DNA of 64,000 nt from the human T2T-CHM13v2.0 reference genome, Homo sapiens: NCBI RefSeq assembly GCF_009914755.1, contig NC_060933.1; one strand, given 5' to 3'. Below are positions 25,901 to 38,699 of this stretch, piece after piece. Both the position numbers and the translations under genes were made by a program. The notes beneath the pieces were generated by a model. The model was not told the origin of the DNA and made no database searches. It saw nothing but the letters and a program-made list of their open reading frames with translations. Numbering within the stretch: the first letter of the stretch is position 1; every line of letters begins with the position of its first letter.

Positions 25901-28900
25901 AGGGGAATGGAATGGAATCGAATGGAATGGAAAGGAATGGAATGGAATCAACCCGAGTGCAGGGGAATGTAATGGAACGGAATGCAATGGAATGGAATCA
26001 TCCGGAATGGAATGGAATGGAATCAACCCGAGTGCAATGGAATGGAGTGGAATGGAATGGAATGGAATGGAACAACCCGAATGGAATGGAATGTAATGGA
26101 GAGTAAGGGAGTTGAAAAGAATCAATCCGAATGTAATGGAATGGAATGGAACGGAATGGAATGGAATGGAATGGAATGCAATGGAATGGAATCAACCCGA
26201 GTACAATGGAATGGAATGGAATGGAATGGAATGGAATGGAATGGAATGCAATGGAATGGAATCTTCCGGAATGGAATGGAATGGAATGGAATGGAATGCA
26301 ATGGATTCAACTAGATTGCAATGGAATGGAATAGAATGGAATGGAATGGAATGGAATGGAATGGAATGGAATTAAACCGAATAGAATGGAATGGAATGGA
26401 ATGGAACGGAACAGAACGGAAAGGAACGGAACGGAGTGGAATGGAATGGAATGGAATTGTATGGAATGGAATGGAATGGTACGGAATAGAATGGAATGGA
26501 AAGAATTGGAATGGAATGGAATCGAATGGAATGGAATGGAATGGAATGGAATCAACCCGAGTGCAAGGGAGTGTAATGGAACGGAATGCAATGGAATGGA
26601 ATCATCCGGAATGGAATGGAATGGAATGGAGTGGAATGGAATGGAATGGAATGGAACAACCCGAATGGAATGGAATGGAATGGAGAGTAAGCGAGCTGAA
26701 TAGAATCAATCCGAATGTAATAGAATGGAACGGAATGGAATGGAATGGAATGGAATGGAATGGAATGGAATGGAATGGAATGGAATGCAATGGAATGGAA
26801 TCAACCCGAGTACAAAGGAAAGGAATGGAATGTAATGGAATGGAATGGAATGGAATGGAATGGAATGGAATGGAATGGAATCAACCCGAGTGCAATGGAA
26901 TGGAGAGGAATGGAATGGAATGGAATGCAATGGAATGGAATCATCCGGAATGGAATGGAATGGAATGGAATGCAAACCAATGGAATCAACTCGATTGCAA
27001 TGGAATGGAATGGAATGGAAAGGAATACATTGGAATCAACCCGAGTGGAATGGAATGGAAAGGACTGGAATGGAGTGGAATGGAATGGAATGGAATGGAA
27101 TGGAATCAACTCGATTGGAATGGAATGGAATGGAATGGAATGGAATGGAATGGAATGGAATGGAATGGAATCAACCCGAGTTCAATGGAATGGAGAGGAA
27201 TGGAATGGAATGGAATGGAAACTACCCGAATGGAATGGAATGTAATGGAGTCTAAGGGAATTGAATAGAATCAATCCGAATGTAATGGAATGGAATGGAA
27301 CGGAATGGAATGGAATGGAATGGAATGGAATGGAATGCAGTGGAATGGAATCAACCCGAGTGCAATCGAATGGAATCGAATGGAATGGAATGCAATGGAA
27401 TGGATTCAACTTGAATGGAATGGAAAGAATGGAATCAACACGAGTGGAATGGCATGGATTGGAATGGAATGGAATGGAATCAACCCGAGTACAGCGGAAT
27501 GGAATGGAATGGAATGCAATGGAATGGAATCATCCATAATGGAATGGAAAGGAATGGAATGGAATGGAATGGAATGGAATGGAATGGAATCAACTCGATT
27601 GCAATCGAATGGAATGGAGTGGAATTAACCCGAATAGAATGGAATGGAATGGAATGGAACGGAACGGAACGGAATGGAATGGAATGGAATGGAATGGAAC
27701 GGAAAGGAAGGGAATGGAATGGAATAGAATGGAATGGAATGGAATCAACGCGAGTGCAGGGGAATGGAATGGAATGGAATGCAATGGAATGGAATCTTCC
27801 GGAATGGAATGGAATGGAATGGAATGGAATTGAATGGAATCAACCCGATTGCAATGGAATGGAGTGGAATGGAATGGAATGGAATGGAACAACCCGAATG
27901 GAATGGAATGTAATGGAGAGTAAGGGAGTTGAATAGAATCAATCCGAATGTAATGGAATGGAATGGAACGGAATGGAATTGAATGGAATGGAATGGAATG
28001 CAATGGAATGGAATCAACCCGAGTGCAATGGAATGGAGAGGAATGGAATGGAATGCAATGGAAACTACCCGAATGGAATGTAATGGAGTGTAAGGGAATT
28101 GAATAGAATCAATCCGAATGTAATGGAATGGAATGGAACGGAATGGAATGGAATGGAATGGAATGGAATGTAATGGAATGCAATGGAATGGAATCAACCC
28201 GAGTGCAATCAAATGGAATCGAATGGAATGGAATGCAATGGAATGGATTCAACTTGAATGGAATGGAAAGAATGGAATCAACACGAGTGGAATGGCATGG
28301 ATTGGAATGGAATGGAATGGAATCAACCCGAGTACAGGGGAATGGAATGGAATGGAATGCAATGGAATGGAATCAACCGTAATGGAATGGAAAGGAATGG
28401 AATGGAATGGAATGGAATGGAATGGAATGGAATGGAATGGAATCAACTCGATTGCAATCGAATGGAATGGAATGGAATTAACCCGAATAGAATGGAATGG
28501 AATGGAATGGAACGGAATGGAATGGAATGGAATGGAATGGAATGGAATGGAACGGAACGGAACGGAATGGAATGGAATGGAATGGAATGGAATCAACGCG
28601 AGTGCAGGGGAATGGAATGGAATGGAATGCAATGGAATGGAATCTTCCGGAATGGAATGAAATGGAATGGAATGGAATGAAATGCAATGGATTCAACTCG
28701 ATTGCAATGGAATGGAATAGAATGGAATGGAATGGAATGGAATGGAATTAATCCGAATAGAATGGAATGGAATGCAATGGAATGGAATGGAACGGAATGG
28801 AATGGAATGGAATGGAATAGAATGGAATTGTATGGAATGGAATGGAATGGTACGGAATAGAATGGAATGGAACGAATTGTAATGGAATGGAATTGAATGG

Positions 28901-30695
28901 AATGGAATGGAACGGAATGGAATCAACGTGAGTGCAGGGGAATGTAATGGAAAGGAATGCAATGGAATGGAATCATCCGGAATGGAATGGAATGGAATGG
29001 AATGGAATGGAATCAACCCGAGTGCAATGGAATGGAGTGGAATGGAATGGAATGGAATGGAACAACCAGAATGGAATGGAATGTAATGGAGAGTAAGGGA
29101 GTTGAATAGAATCAATCCGAATGTAATGGAATGGAATGCAACGGAATGGAATGGAATGGAATGGAATGGAATGGAATGCAATGGAATTGAATCAACCCGA
29201 GCACAGTGGAATGGAATGGAATGGAATGGAATGGAATGGAATGGAATGGAATGGAATGGAATGATACGGAATAGAATGGAATGGAACGAAATGGAATGGA
29301 ATTGAATGGAATGGAATGGAATGGAATGGAATGGAATCAACCCGAGTGCAGGGGAATGGAATGGAATGGAATGCAAAGGAATGGAATCATCCGGAATGGA
29401 ATGGAATGGAATGGAATGCAAAGCAATGGAATCAACTCGATTGCAATGGAATGGAATGGAATGGAAAGGAATACATTGGAATCAACCCGAGTGGAATGGA
29501 AAGGAAAGGACTGGAATGGAGTGGAATGGAATGGCATGGAATGGAATGGAATCAACTCGATTGGAATGGAATGGAATGGAATGGAATTAACCCGAATAGA
29601 ATGGAATGGAATGGAATGGAACGGAACGGAATGGAATGGAATGGAATGGAATGGAATGGAATGGAATGGAATGGAATGGAATCAACCCGACTGCAGGGGA
29701 ATGGAATGGAATGGAAGGCAATGGAATGGATTCAACTTGAATGGAATGGAAAGAATGGAATCAACACGAGTGGAATGGCATGGATTGGAATGGAATGGAA
29801 TGGAATCAACCCGAGTACAGGGGAATGGAATGGAATGGAATGCAATGGAATGGCATCATCCGTAATGGAATGGAAAGGAATGGAATGGAATGGAATGGAA
29901 TGGAATGGAATGGAATGGAATGGAATCAACGCGAGTCCAGGGGAATGTAATGGAAAGGAATGCAATGGAATGGAATCATCCGGAATGGAATGGAATGGAA
30001 TGGAATGGAATGGAATCAACCCGAGTGCAATGGAATGGAGTGGAATGGAATGGAATGGAATGGAACAACCAGAATGGAATGGAATGTAATGGAGAGTAAG
30101 GGAGTTGAATAGAATCAATCCGAATGTAATGCAATGGAATGCAACGGAATGGAATGGAATGGAATGGAATGGAATGCAATGGAATTGAATCAACCCGAGT
30201 ACAATGGAATGGAATGGAATGGAATGGAATGGAATGGAACGGAATGGAATGGAATGGAATGGAATGGAATGGAATCAACACGAGTGCAGGGGAATGGAAT
30301 GGAAAGGAATGCAATGGAATCGAATCATCCGGAATGGAATGGAATGGAATGCAATGGAATGGAATGGAATGGAATCAACCCGAGTGCAATGGAATGGAGT
30401 GAAATGGAATGGAATGGAATGGAAACAACCAGAATGGATTGGAATATAATGGAGTGTAAGGGAATTGAATAGAATCAATCTGAATGTAATGAAATGGAAA
30501 GGAACGGAATGGAATGGAATGGAATGGAATGGAATGGAATGCAATGGAATGGAATCAACCCGAGTGCAATCGAATGGAATCGAATGGAATGGAATGCAAT
30601 GGAATGGATTCAACTTGAATGGAATGGAAAGAATGGAATCAACACGAGTGGAATGGCATGGATTGGAATGGAATGGAATGGAATCAACCCGTGTA
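19989..30695 (+). repeat. HOR unit 3, extended variant (10,707 bp)
   Basis: Same markers as units 1 and 2, but the AAAGTAT, GCGCGTG, GAGCTGAATAG and GCAAACCAAT markers each occur twice, ~3,048 bp apart. Confidence 0.87.
21057..27170 (+). repeat. ~3.05-kb tandem duplication inside HOR unit 3 (~21057-24113 and ~24114-27170)
   Basis: AAAGT at 22665 and 25713 (offset 3048). ORF pairs 22352/25400, 22591/25639 and 23293/26341 are all offset 3048. The CAACCCGAGTTCAAT...GAGTCTAAGGG module occurs three times in this unit (~21057, 24114, 27172) versus twice in units 1 and 2. Confidence 0.88.
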
Positions 30696-33600
30696 CAGGG
30701 GAATGGAATGGAATGGAATGCAATGGAATGGAATCATCCGGAATGGAATGGAAAGGAATGGAATGGAATGGAATGGAATGGAATGGAATGGAATGGAATG
30801 GAATCAACTCGAATGCAATCGAATGGAATGGAATGGAATTAACCCGAATAGAATGGAATGGAATGGAATGGAACGGAACGGAATGGAATGGAATGGAATG
30901 GAACGGAACGGAACGGAATGGAATGGAATGGAATGGAATGGAATGGAATTAACCCGAATAGAATGGAATGGAACGGAATGGAACGGAATGGAATGGAATG
31001 GAATGGAATGGAATGGTATGGAATGGAATGGAATGGTACGGAATAGAATGGAATGGAACGAATTGTAATGGAATGGAATTGAATGGAATGGAATGGAATG
31101 GAATGGAATCAACGCGAGTTCAGGGGAATGTAATGGAACGGAATGCAACGGAATGGAATCATCCGGAATGGAATGGAATGGAATGGAATGGAATGGAATG
31201 GAATCAACCCGAATGGAATGGAATGTAATGGACAGTAAGGGAGTTGAATAGAATCAATCCGAATGTAATGGAATGGAATGCAACGGAATGGAATGGAATG
31301 GAATGGAATGGAATGCAATGGAATGGAATCAACCCGAGTACAATGGAATGGAATGGAATGGAATGGAATGGAATGGAATGGAATGAAATGTAATGGAATG
31401 GAATGGAATGATACGGAAAAGAATGGAATGGAACGAAATGGAATGGAATGGAATGGAATGGAATGGAATGGAATGGAATCGTTCCGAGTGGAATAGGAGG
31501 GAATGTATTCGAGTGGAATGGGAAGAGTGGAATCAACCAGAGTGGAATGGAACGGAATGGAATGGAATGGAAACTAATATAATGGAATCAACCCGAGTGG
31601 AATGGAATGGAAAGGACTGGAATGGAATGGAATGGAATGGAATCAACTCAATTGTAATGGAATGGAATGGAATGGAATGGAATTAACCTGAATACAATGC
31701 AATGGAATGGAATGGAACGGAATGGAGAGGAATGGAATGGAATCAACCCGAGTGCAGGGGAATGGAATGGAATGGAATGCAATGGAATGGAATCATCCGG
31801 AATGGAATGGAATGGAATGGAATGCAAAGCAATGGAATCAACTCGATTGCAGTGGAATGGAATGGAATGGAAAGGAATACATTGGAATCAACCCGAGTGG
31901 AATGGAATGGAAAGGACTGGAATGGAGTGGAATGGAATGGAATGGAATGGAATGGAATCAACTCGATTGGAATGGAATGGAATGGAATGGAATGGAATTA
32001 ACCCGAATAGAATGCAATGGAATGGAATGGAACGGAACGGAATGGAATGGAATGGAATGGAATGGAATGGAATGGAAACAACCCGACTGCAGGGGAATGG
32101 AATGGAATGGAATGGAATGCAATGGAATGGATTCAACTTGAATGGAATGGAAAGAATGGAATCAACACGAGTGGAATGGCATGGATTGGAATGGAATGGA
32201 ATGGAATCAACCCGAGTACAGGGGAATGGAATGGAATGGAACGCAATGGAATGGAATCATCCGTAATGGAATGGAAAGGAATGGAATGGAATGGAATGGA
32301 ATGGAATAAACTCGTTGGCAATCGAATGGAATGGAATGGAATTAACCCGAATAGAATGGAATGGAATGGAATGGAACGGAACGGAACGGAATGGAATGGA
32401 TTGGAATGGAATGGAATGGAATGGAATGGAACGGAAAGGAATGGAATAGAATGGAATGGAATGGAATGGAATGTAATCAACGCGAATGCAGGGGAATGGA
32501 ATGGAATGGAATGCAATGGAATGGAATCTTCCGGAATGGAATGGAATGGAATGGAATGGAATGGAATGGAATGGAATGGAATAAACCCGAGTGCAATGGA
32601 ATGGAGTGGAATGGAATGGAATGGAATGGAATGGAATGGAATGGAATGGAATGGTTCGGAATAGAATGGATTGGAACAAAATGGAATGGAATGGAATGGA
32701 ATCAAGTCGATTGCAATAGAATGGAATGGAATGGAATGGAACGGATTGGAATGGAATGGAATGGAATGGAATGGAATTAAATGGAATGGAATGGAATGGA
32801 ATCAACCCGAGTGCAGGGGAATGGAATGGAATGGAATGCAATGGAATGGAATGGAATGGAATGGAATGGAATGGAATGGAATGGAATCAACGCGAGTGGA
32901 ATGGCATGGAATGGAATGCAATGGAATGGCATGGAATGGAATCAACTCGAGTGGAAAGGAATGGAATGGAATGGAATGGAATGGAATGAAATCAACTCGA
33001 GTGGAATGGAATGGAATGGAATGGATTGGAATGGATTGCAATGGAATGAAATGGAATGGAATGGAATGGAATCAATCATTGCGAGTGAAATGGAAGGGAA
33101 TGTAATGGAGTGGAAAGAAGGGAATGGAATCAACCCGAGTGGAATGCAAGGCAATGGAATGGAATGGAAAGGAATGGAATGGAATCAACTCGATTGCAAT
33201 GGAATTGAATGGAATGGAATGGAATGGAAAGGAATGGAATGGAATGAAATGGAATGGAATGGAATGGAATGCAATGGAATGGAATCAACCCGAGTGCAAT
33301 CGAATGGAATCGAATGGAATGGAATGCTATGGAATGGATTCAACTTGAATGGAATGGAAAGAATGGAATCAACACGAGTGGAATGGCATGGATTGGAATG
33401 GAATGGAATGGAATCAACCCGAATACAGGGGAATGGAATGCAATGGAATGGAATCATCCGTAATGGAATGGAATGGAATGGAATGGAATGGAATGGAATG
33501 GAATCAACTCGATTGCAATCGAATGAAATGGAATGGAATTAACCCGAATAGAATGGAATGGAATGGATTGGAACGGAACGGAACGGAATGGAATGGAATG

Positions 33601-34689
33601 GAATGGAATGGAACGGAAAGGAATGGAATGGAATGGAATGGAATGGAATGGAATGGAATGGAATGGAATCAACGCGAGTGCAGGGGAATGGAATGTAATG
33701 GAATGCAATGGAATGGAATCTTCCGGAATGGAATGGAATGGAATGGAATCAACCTGAGTGCAATGGAATGAAGTGGAATGGAATGGAATGGAATGGAACA
33801 ACCCGAATGGAATGGAATGTAATGGAGAGTAAGGGAGTTGAATAGAATCAATCCGAATGTAATGGAATGGAATGGAACGGAATGGAATGGAATGAAATAG
33901 AATGGAATGCAATGGAATGGAATCAACCCGAGTGCAATGGAATGGAGAGGAATGGAATGGAATGGAATGGAAACTACCCCAATGGAATGGAATGGAATGG
34001 AGTGTAAGGGAATTGAATAGAATCAATCCGAATGTAATGGAATGGAATGGAATGGAATGCAATGGAATGGAATCAACCCGAGTGCAATCGAATGGAATCG
34101 AATGGAATGGAATGCAATGGAATGGATTCAACTTGAATGGAATGGAAAGAATGGAATCAACACGAGTGGAATGGCATGTATTGGAATGGAATGGAATGGA
34201 ATCAACCCGAGTACAGGGGAATGGAATGGAATGGAATGCAATGGAATGGAATCATCCGTAATGGAACGGAAAGGAATGGAATGGAATGGAATGGAATGGA
34301 ATGGAATGGAATGGAATCAACTCGATTGCAATCGAATGGAATGGAATGGAATTAACCCGAATAGAATGGAATGGACTGGAATGGAACGGAACGGAATGGA
34401 ATGGAATGGAATGGAATGGAATGGAACGGAATGGAATGGAATGGAATGGAATAGAATCAACGCGAGTGCAGGGGAATGCAATGGAATGGAATGCAATGGA
34501 ATGGAATCTTCCGGAATGGAATGGAATGGAATGGAATGAAATGCAATGGATTCAACTCGATTGCAATGGAATGGAATAGAATGGAATGGAATGGAATGGA
34601 ATGGAATTAATCCGAATAGAATGGAATGGAATGGAATGGAACGGAATGGAACGGAATGGAATGGAATGGAATGGAATGGAATGGAATGG

Positions 34690-37600
34690 AATGGAATGGA
34701 ATGGAATCAACCCGAGTGCAGGGGAATGGAATGGAATGGAATGTCATGGAATGCAATCATCCGGAATGGAATGGAATGGAATGGAATGGAGTGGAATTGA
34801 ATGGAATGGAATCAACTCGATTGCAATGGAGTGGAATGGAATGGAAAGGAATGGAAGGGAATGGAATGGAATGGAATCAACCCGAGTGCAGGGGAATGGA
34901 ATGGAATGGAATGCAATGGAATGGAATCATCCGGAATGGAATGGAATGGAATGGAATGGAATGCAATCAACCCGATGCAATGGAATGGAGTGGAATGGAA
35001 TGGAATGGAATGGAAACTTCCCGAATGGAATGTAATGTAATGGAGTGTAAGGGAATTGAATAGAATAAATCCGAATGTAATGGAATGGAATGGAATGAAA
35101 TGGAATGGAATGGAATGGAATGGAATCAACCAGAGTGCAATGGAATGGATTCGAATGGAATGGAATGGAATGGAATGGATTCAACAAGAATGGAATGGAA
35201 AGGAATGGAATCAACCCGAGTGTAATGGCATGGAATGGAATGGAATGGAATGGAATGGGATGGAATGGAATGGTACGGAATAGAATGGAATGGAATGAAA
35301 TGGAATGGAATGGAATTTAATGGAATGGAATGGAATGAACCCGTGTGCAATGGAATGGAATGGAATGGAATGGAATGTATTCAACTCGAATGGAATCAAC
35401 TGGATTGTAATGGAATGGAATGGAATGGAAAGGAATAGAATGGAATCAACCCAAGTGGAATGGAAAGGAAAGGACTGGAATGGAGTGGAATGGAATGGAA
35501 TGGAATGGAATCAAATCGATTGGAATGGAATGGAAAGGAATGGAATGGAATGGAATGGAATGGAATCAACTCGATTGGAATGGAATGGAATGGAATGGAA
35601 TGGAATGGAATGGAATGGAATTAACCTGAATAGAATGGAATGGAATGGAATGGAACGGAATGTAATGGAATGAAATGGAATGGAATCAATACGAGTGCAG
35701 GGGAATGGAATGGAATGGAATGCAATGGAATGGAATCATCCGGAATGGAATGGATTGGAATGGAATGCAATCAACCCGATGCAATGGAATGGAGTGGAAT
35801 GGAATGGAATGGAATAGAATGGAAACATCCCGAATGGAATGGAATGTAATGGAGTGTAAGGGAATTGAATAGAATCAATCCGAATGTAATGGAATGGAAT
35901 GGAATGAAATGGAATGGAATGGAATGGAATGGAATCAACCCGAGTGCAATGGAATGGATTCGAATGGAATGGAATGGAATGGAATGGATTCAACAAGAAT
36001 GGAATGCAAAGGAATGGAATCAACCCGAGTGTAATGGCATGGAATGGAATGGAATGGAATGCAATGGGATGGAATGGAATGGAATGGAATGGAATGGGAT
36101 GGAATGGAATGGTACGGAATAGAATGGAATGGAATGAAATGGAATGGAATGGAATTAAATGGAATGGAATGGAATGAACCCGTGTGCAATGTAATAGAAT
36201 GAAATGGAATGGAATGGATTCAACTCGAATGGAATCAACTCGATTGCAATGGAATGGATTGGAATGGAAAGGAATAGAATGGAATCAACCAGAGTGGAAT
36301 GGAATGCAAAGGACTGGAATGGAGTGGAATGGAATGGAATGGAATGGAATGGAATCAACTCGATTGGAATGGAATGGAATGGAATGGAATGGAATTAACC
36401 AGAATAGAATGGAATGGAATGGAATGGAATGGAACGGAACAGAACGGAGTGGAATGGAATGGAATGGAATGGAATCAACCCGACTGCACGGGAATGGAAT
36501 GGAATGGAATGCAATGGAATGGAATCATCCGGAACGGAATGGAATGGAATGGAATGGAATCAACTCGATTGCAATGGAATGGAATGGAATGGAATGGAAT
36601 GGAATGGAATGGAGTTGAATGGAATGGAATTAACCCGAATAGAATGGAATGGAATGGAATGGTAAGGAATGGAAGGGAATGGAATGGAATGTAATCAACC
36701 CGAGTGCAGGGGAATGGAATGGAATTGAATTCAATGGAATGGAATCATACGGAATGGAATGGAATGGAATGGAATGGAATGGAATGGAATGGAATGATCC
36801 CGATGCAATGGAATGGAATGGAATGGAATGGAATGGAATGGAATGGAATGGAAACATCCCGAATGGAATGGAATGTAATGGAGTGTAAGGCAATTGAATA
36901 GAATCAGTCCGAATGAAATGGAAGGGAATGGAATGAAATGGAATGGAATGGAATGGAATGGATCAAACCGAGTGCAATGGAATGGATTCGAATGGAATGG
37001 AATGGATTCGAATATAATGGAATGGAATGGAATGGATTCAACAAGAATGGAATGGAAAGGAATGGAATCAACCCGAGTGTAATGGCATGCAATGGAATGG
37101 AATGGAACGGGATGGAATGGAATGGTACGGAATAGAATGGAATGGAATGAAATGGAATGGAATGGAATGGAATGGAATGGAATGGAATGGAATGAACCCG
37201 TGTGCAATGGAATGGAATGGAATGGAATGGAATGGATTCATCTCGAAACGAATCAACTCGATTGCAATGGAATGGAATGGAATGGAAAGGAATAGACTGG
37301 AATCAACCCGAGTGGAATGGAATGGAAAGGACTGGAATGGAGTGGAATGGAATGGAATGGAATGGAATCAAATCGATTGGAATGGAATGGAATGGAATGG
37401 AATGGAATGGAATCAACTCGATTGCAATGGAATGGAATGGAATGGAATTTTAATGGAATGGAATGGAATTAACCCGAATAGAATGGAATGGAATGGAATG
37501 GAACGGAATGTAATGGAATGAAATGGAATGGAATCAACCCGAGTGCAGGGGAATGGAATGGAATGGAATGCAATGGAATGCAATCATCCGGAATGGAATG

Positions 37601-38460
37601 GAATGGAATGGAATGGAATGGAATGGAATCAACTCGATTGCAATGGAGTGGAATGGAATGGAAATGAATGGAAGGGAATGGAATGGAATGTAATCAACCC
37701 GAGTGCAGGGGAATGGAATGGAATGGAATGCAATGGAATGGAATCATCCGGAATGGAATGGAATGGAATGGAATGCAATCAACCCAATGCAATGGAATGG
37801 AGTGGAATGGAATGGAATGGAATGGAATGGAAACATCCCGAATGGAATGGAATGTAATGGAGTGTAAGGGAATTGAATAGAATAAATCCGAATGTAATGG
37901 AATGGAATGGAATGAAATGGAATGGAGTGGAATGGAATGGAATCAACCCGAGTGCAATGGAATGGATTCGAATGGAATGGAATGGAATGGAATGGATTCA
38001 ACAAGAATGGAATGGAAAGGAATGGAATCAACCCGAGTGTAATGGCATGGAATGGAATGGAATGGAATGGAATGGGATGCAATGGAATGGTACGGAATAG
38101 AATGGAATGGAATGGAATGGAATGAAATGGAGTGGAATGGAATTTAATGGAATGGAATGGAATGAACCTGTGTGCAATGTAATGGAATGGAATGGAATGG
38201 AATGGATTCAACTCGAATGGAATCAACCCGATTGCAATGGAATGGAATGGAATGGAAAGGAATAGAAAGGAATCAACCCGAGTGGAATGGAATGGAAAAG
38301 ACTGGAATGGAGTGGAATGGAATGGAATGGAATTAACCCGAATAGAATGGAATGGAACGGAATGGAACGGAATGGAATGGAATGGAATGGAATGGAATGG
38401 ATTCAACCCGAGTGCAGGGGAATGGAATGGAATGGAATGCAATGGAATGGAAACATCCGG
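34690..38460 (+). repeat. Distinct HSat3 sub-block: four diverged copies of a ~0.8-1.0-kb module
   Basis: GGATTCGAATGG is at ~35147, 35956, 36984 and 37964. Each is followed by TTCAACAAGAAT, GAGTGTAATGGCAT and GAACC(C/T)GTGTGCAAT, a combination I did not see elsewhere in the window. Confidence 0.8.
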
Positions 38461-38699
38461 AATGGAATGGAATTGAATGGAATGGAATGGAATGGAATGG
38501 AATCAACTCGATTTCAATGGAATGGAATGGAATAGAATGGAATGGAATTAACACGAATAGAATGGAATGGAATTGAATGGAATGGAATGGAACGGAAAGG
38601 AATGGAATGGAATGGAATGGAATGGAATCAACCCAAGTGCAGGGGAATGGAATGGAATGGAATTCAATGGAATGGAATCATCCGGAATGGAATGGAATG

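Larger units (their letters stand above)
4740..30750 (+). repeat. Nested higher-order tandem repeat with a ~7.62-kb unit (three units plus a 3.05-kb internal duplication)
   Basis: Rare markers recur at a fixed period. CGAAAGTATGG is at ~7416, 15031, 22665 and 25713. ACCCGACAGC is at ~5076, 12711 and 20335. GAGTCCAGG is at ~11607, 19226 and 29933. GTGTACAGG is at ~12370, 19984 and 30691. ORF-track translations also repeat, e.g. 7103/14718/25400 are identical 153 aa. Confidence 0.93.
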
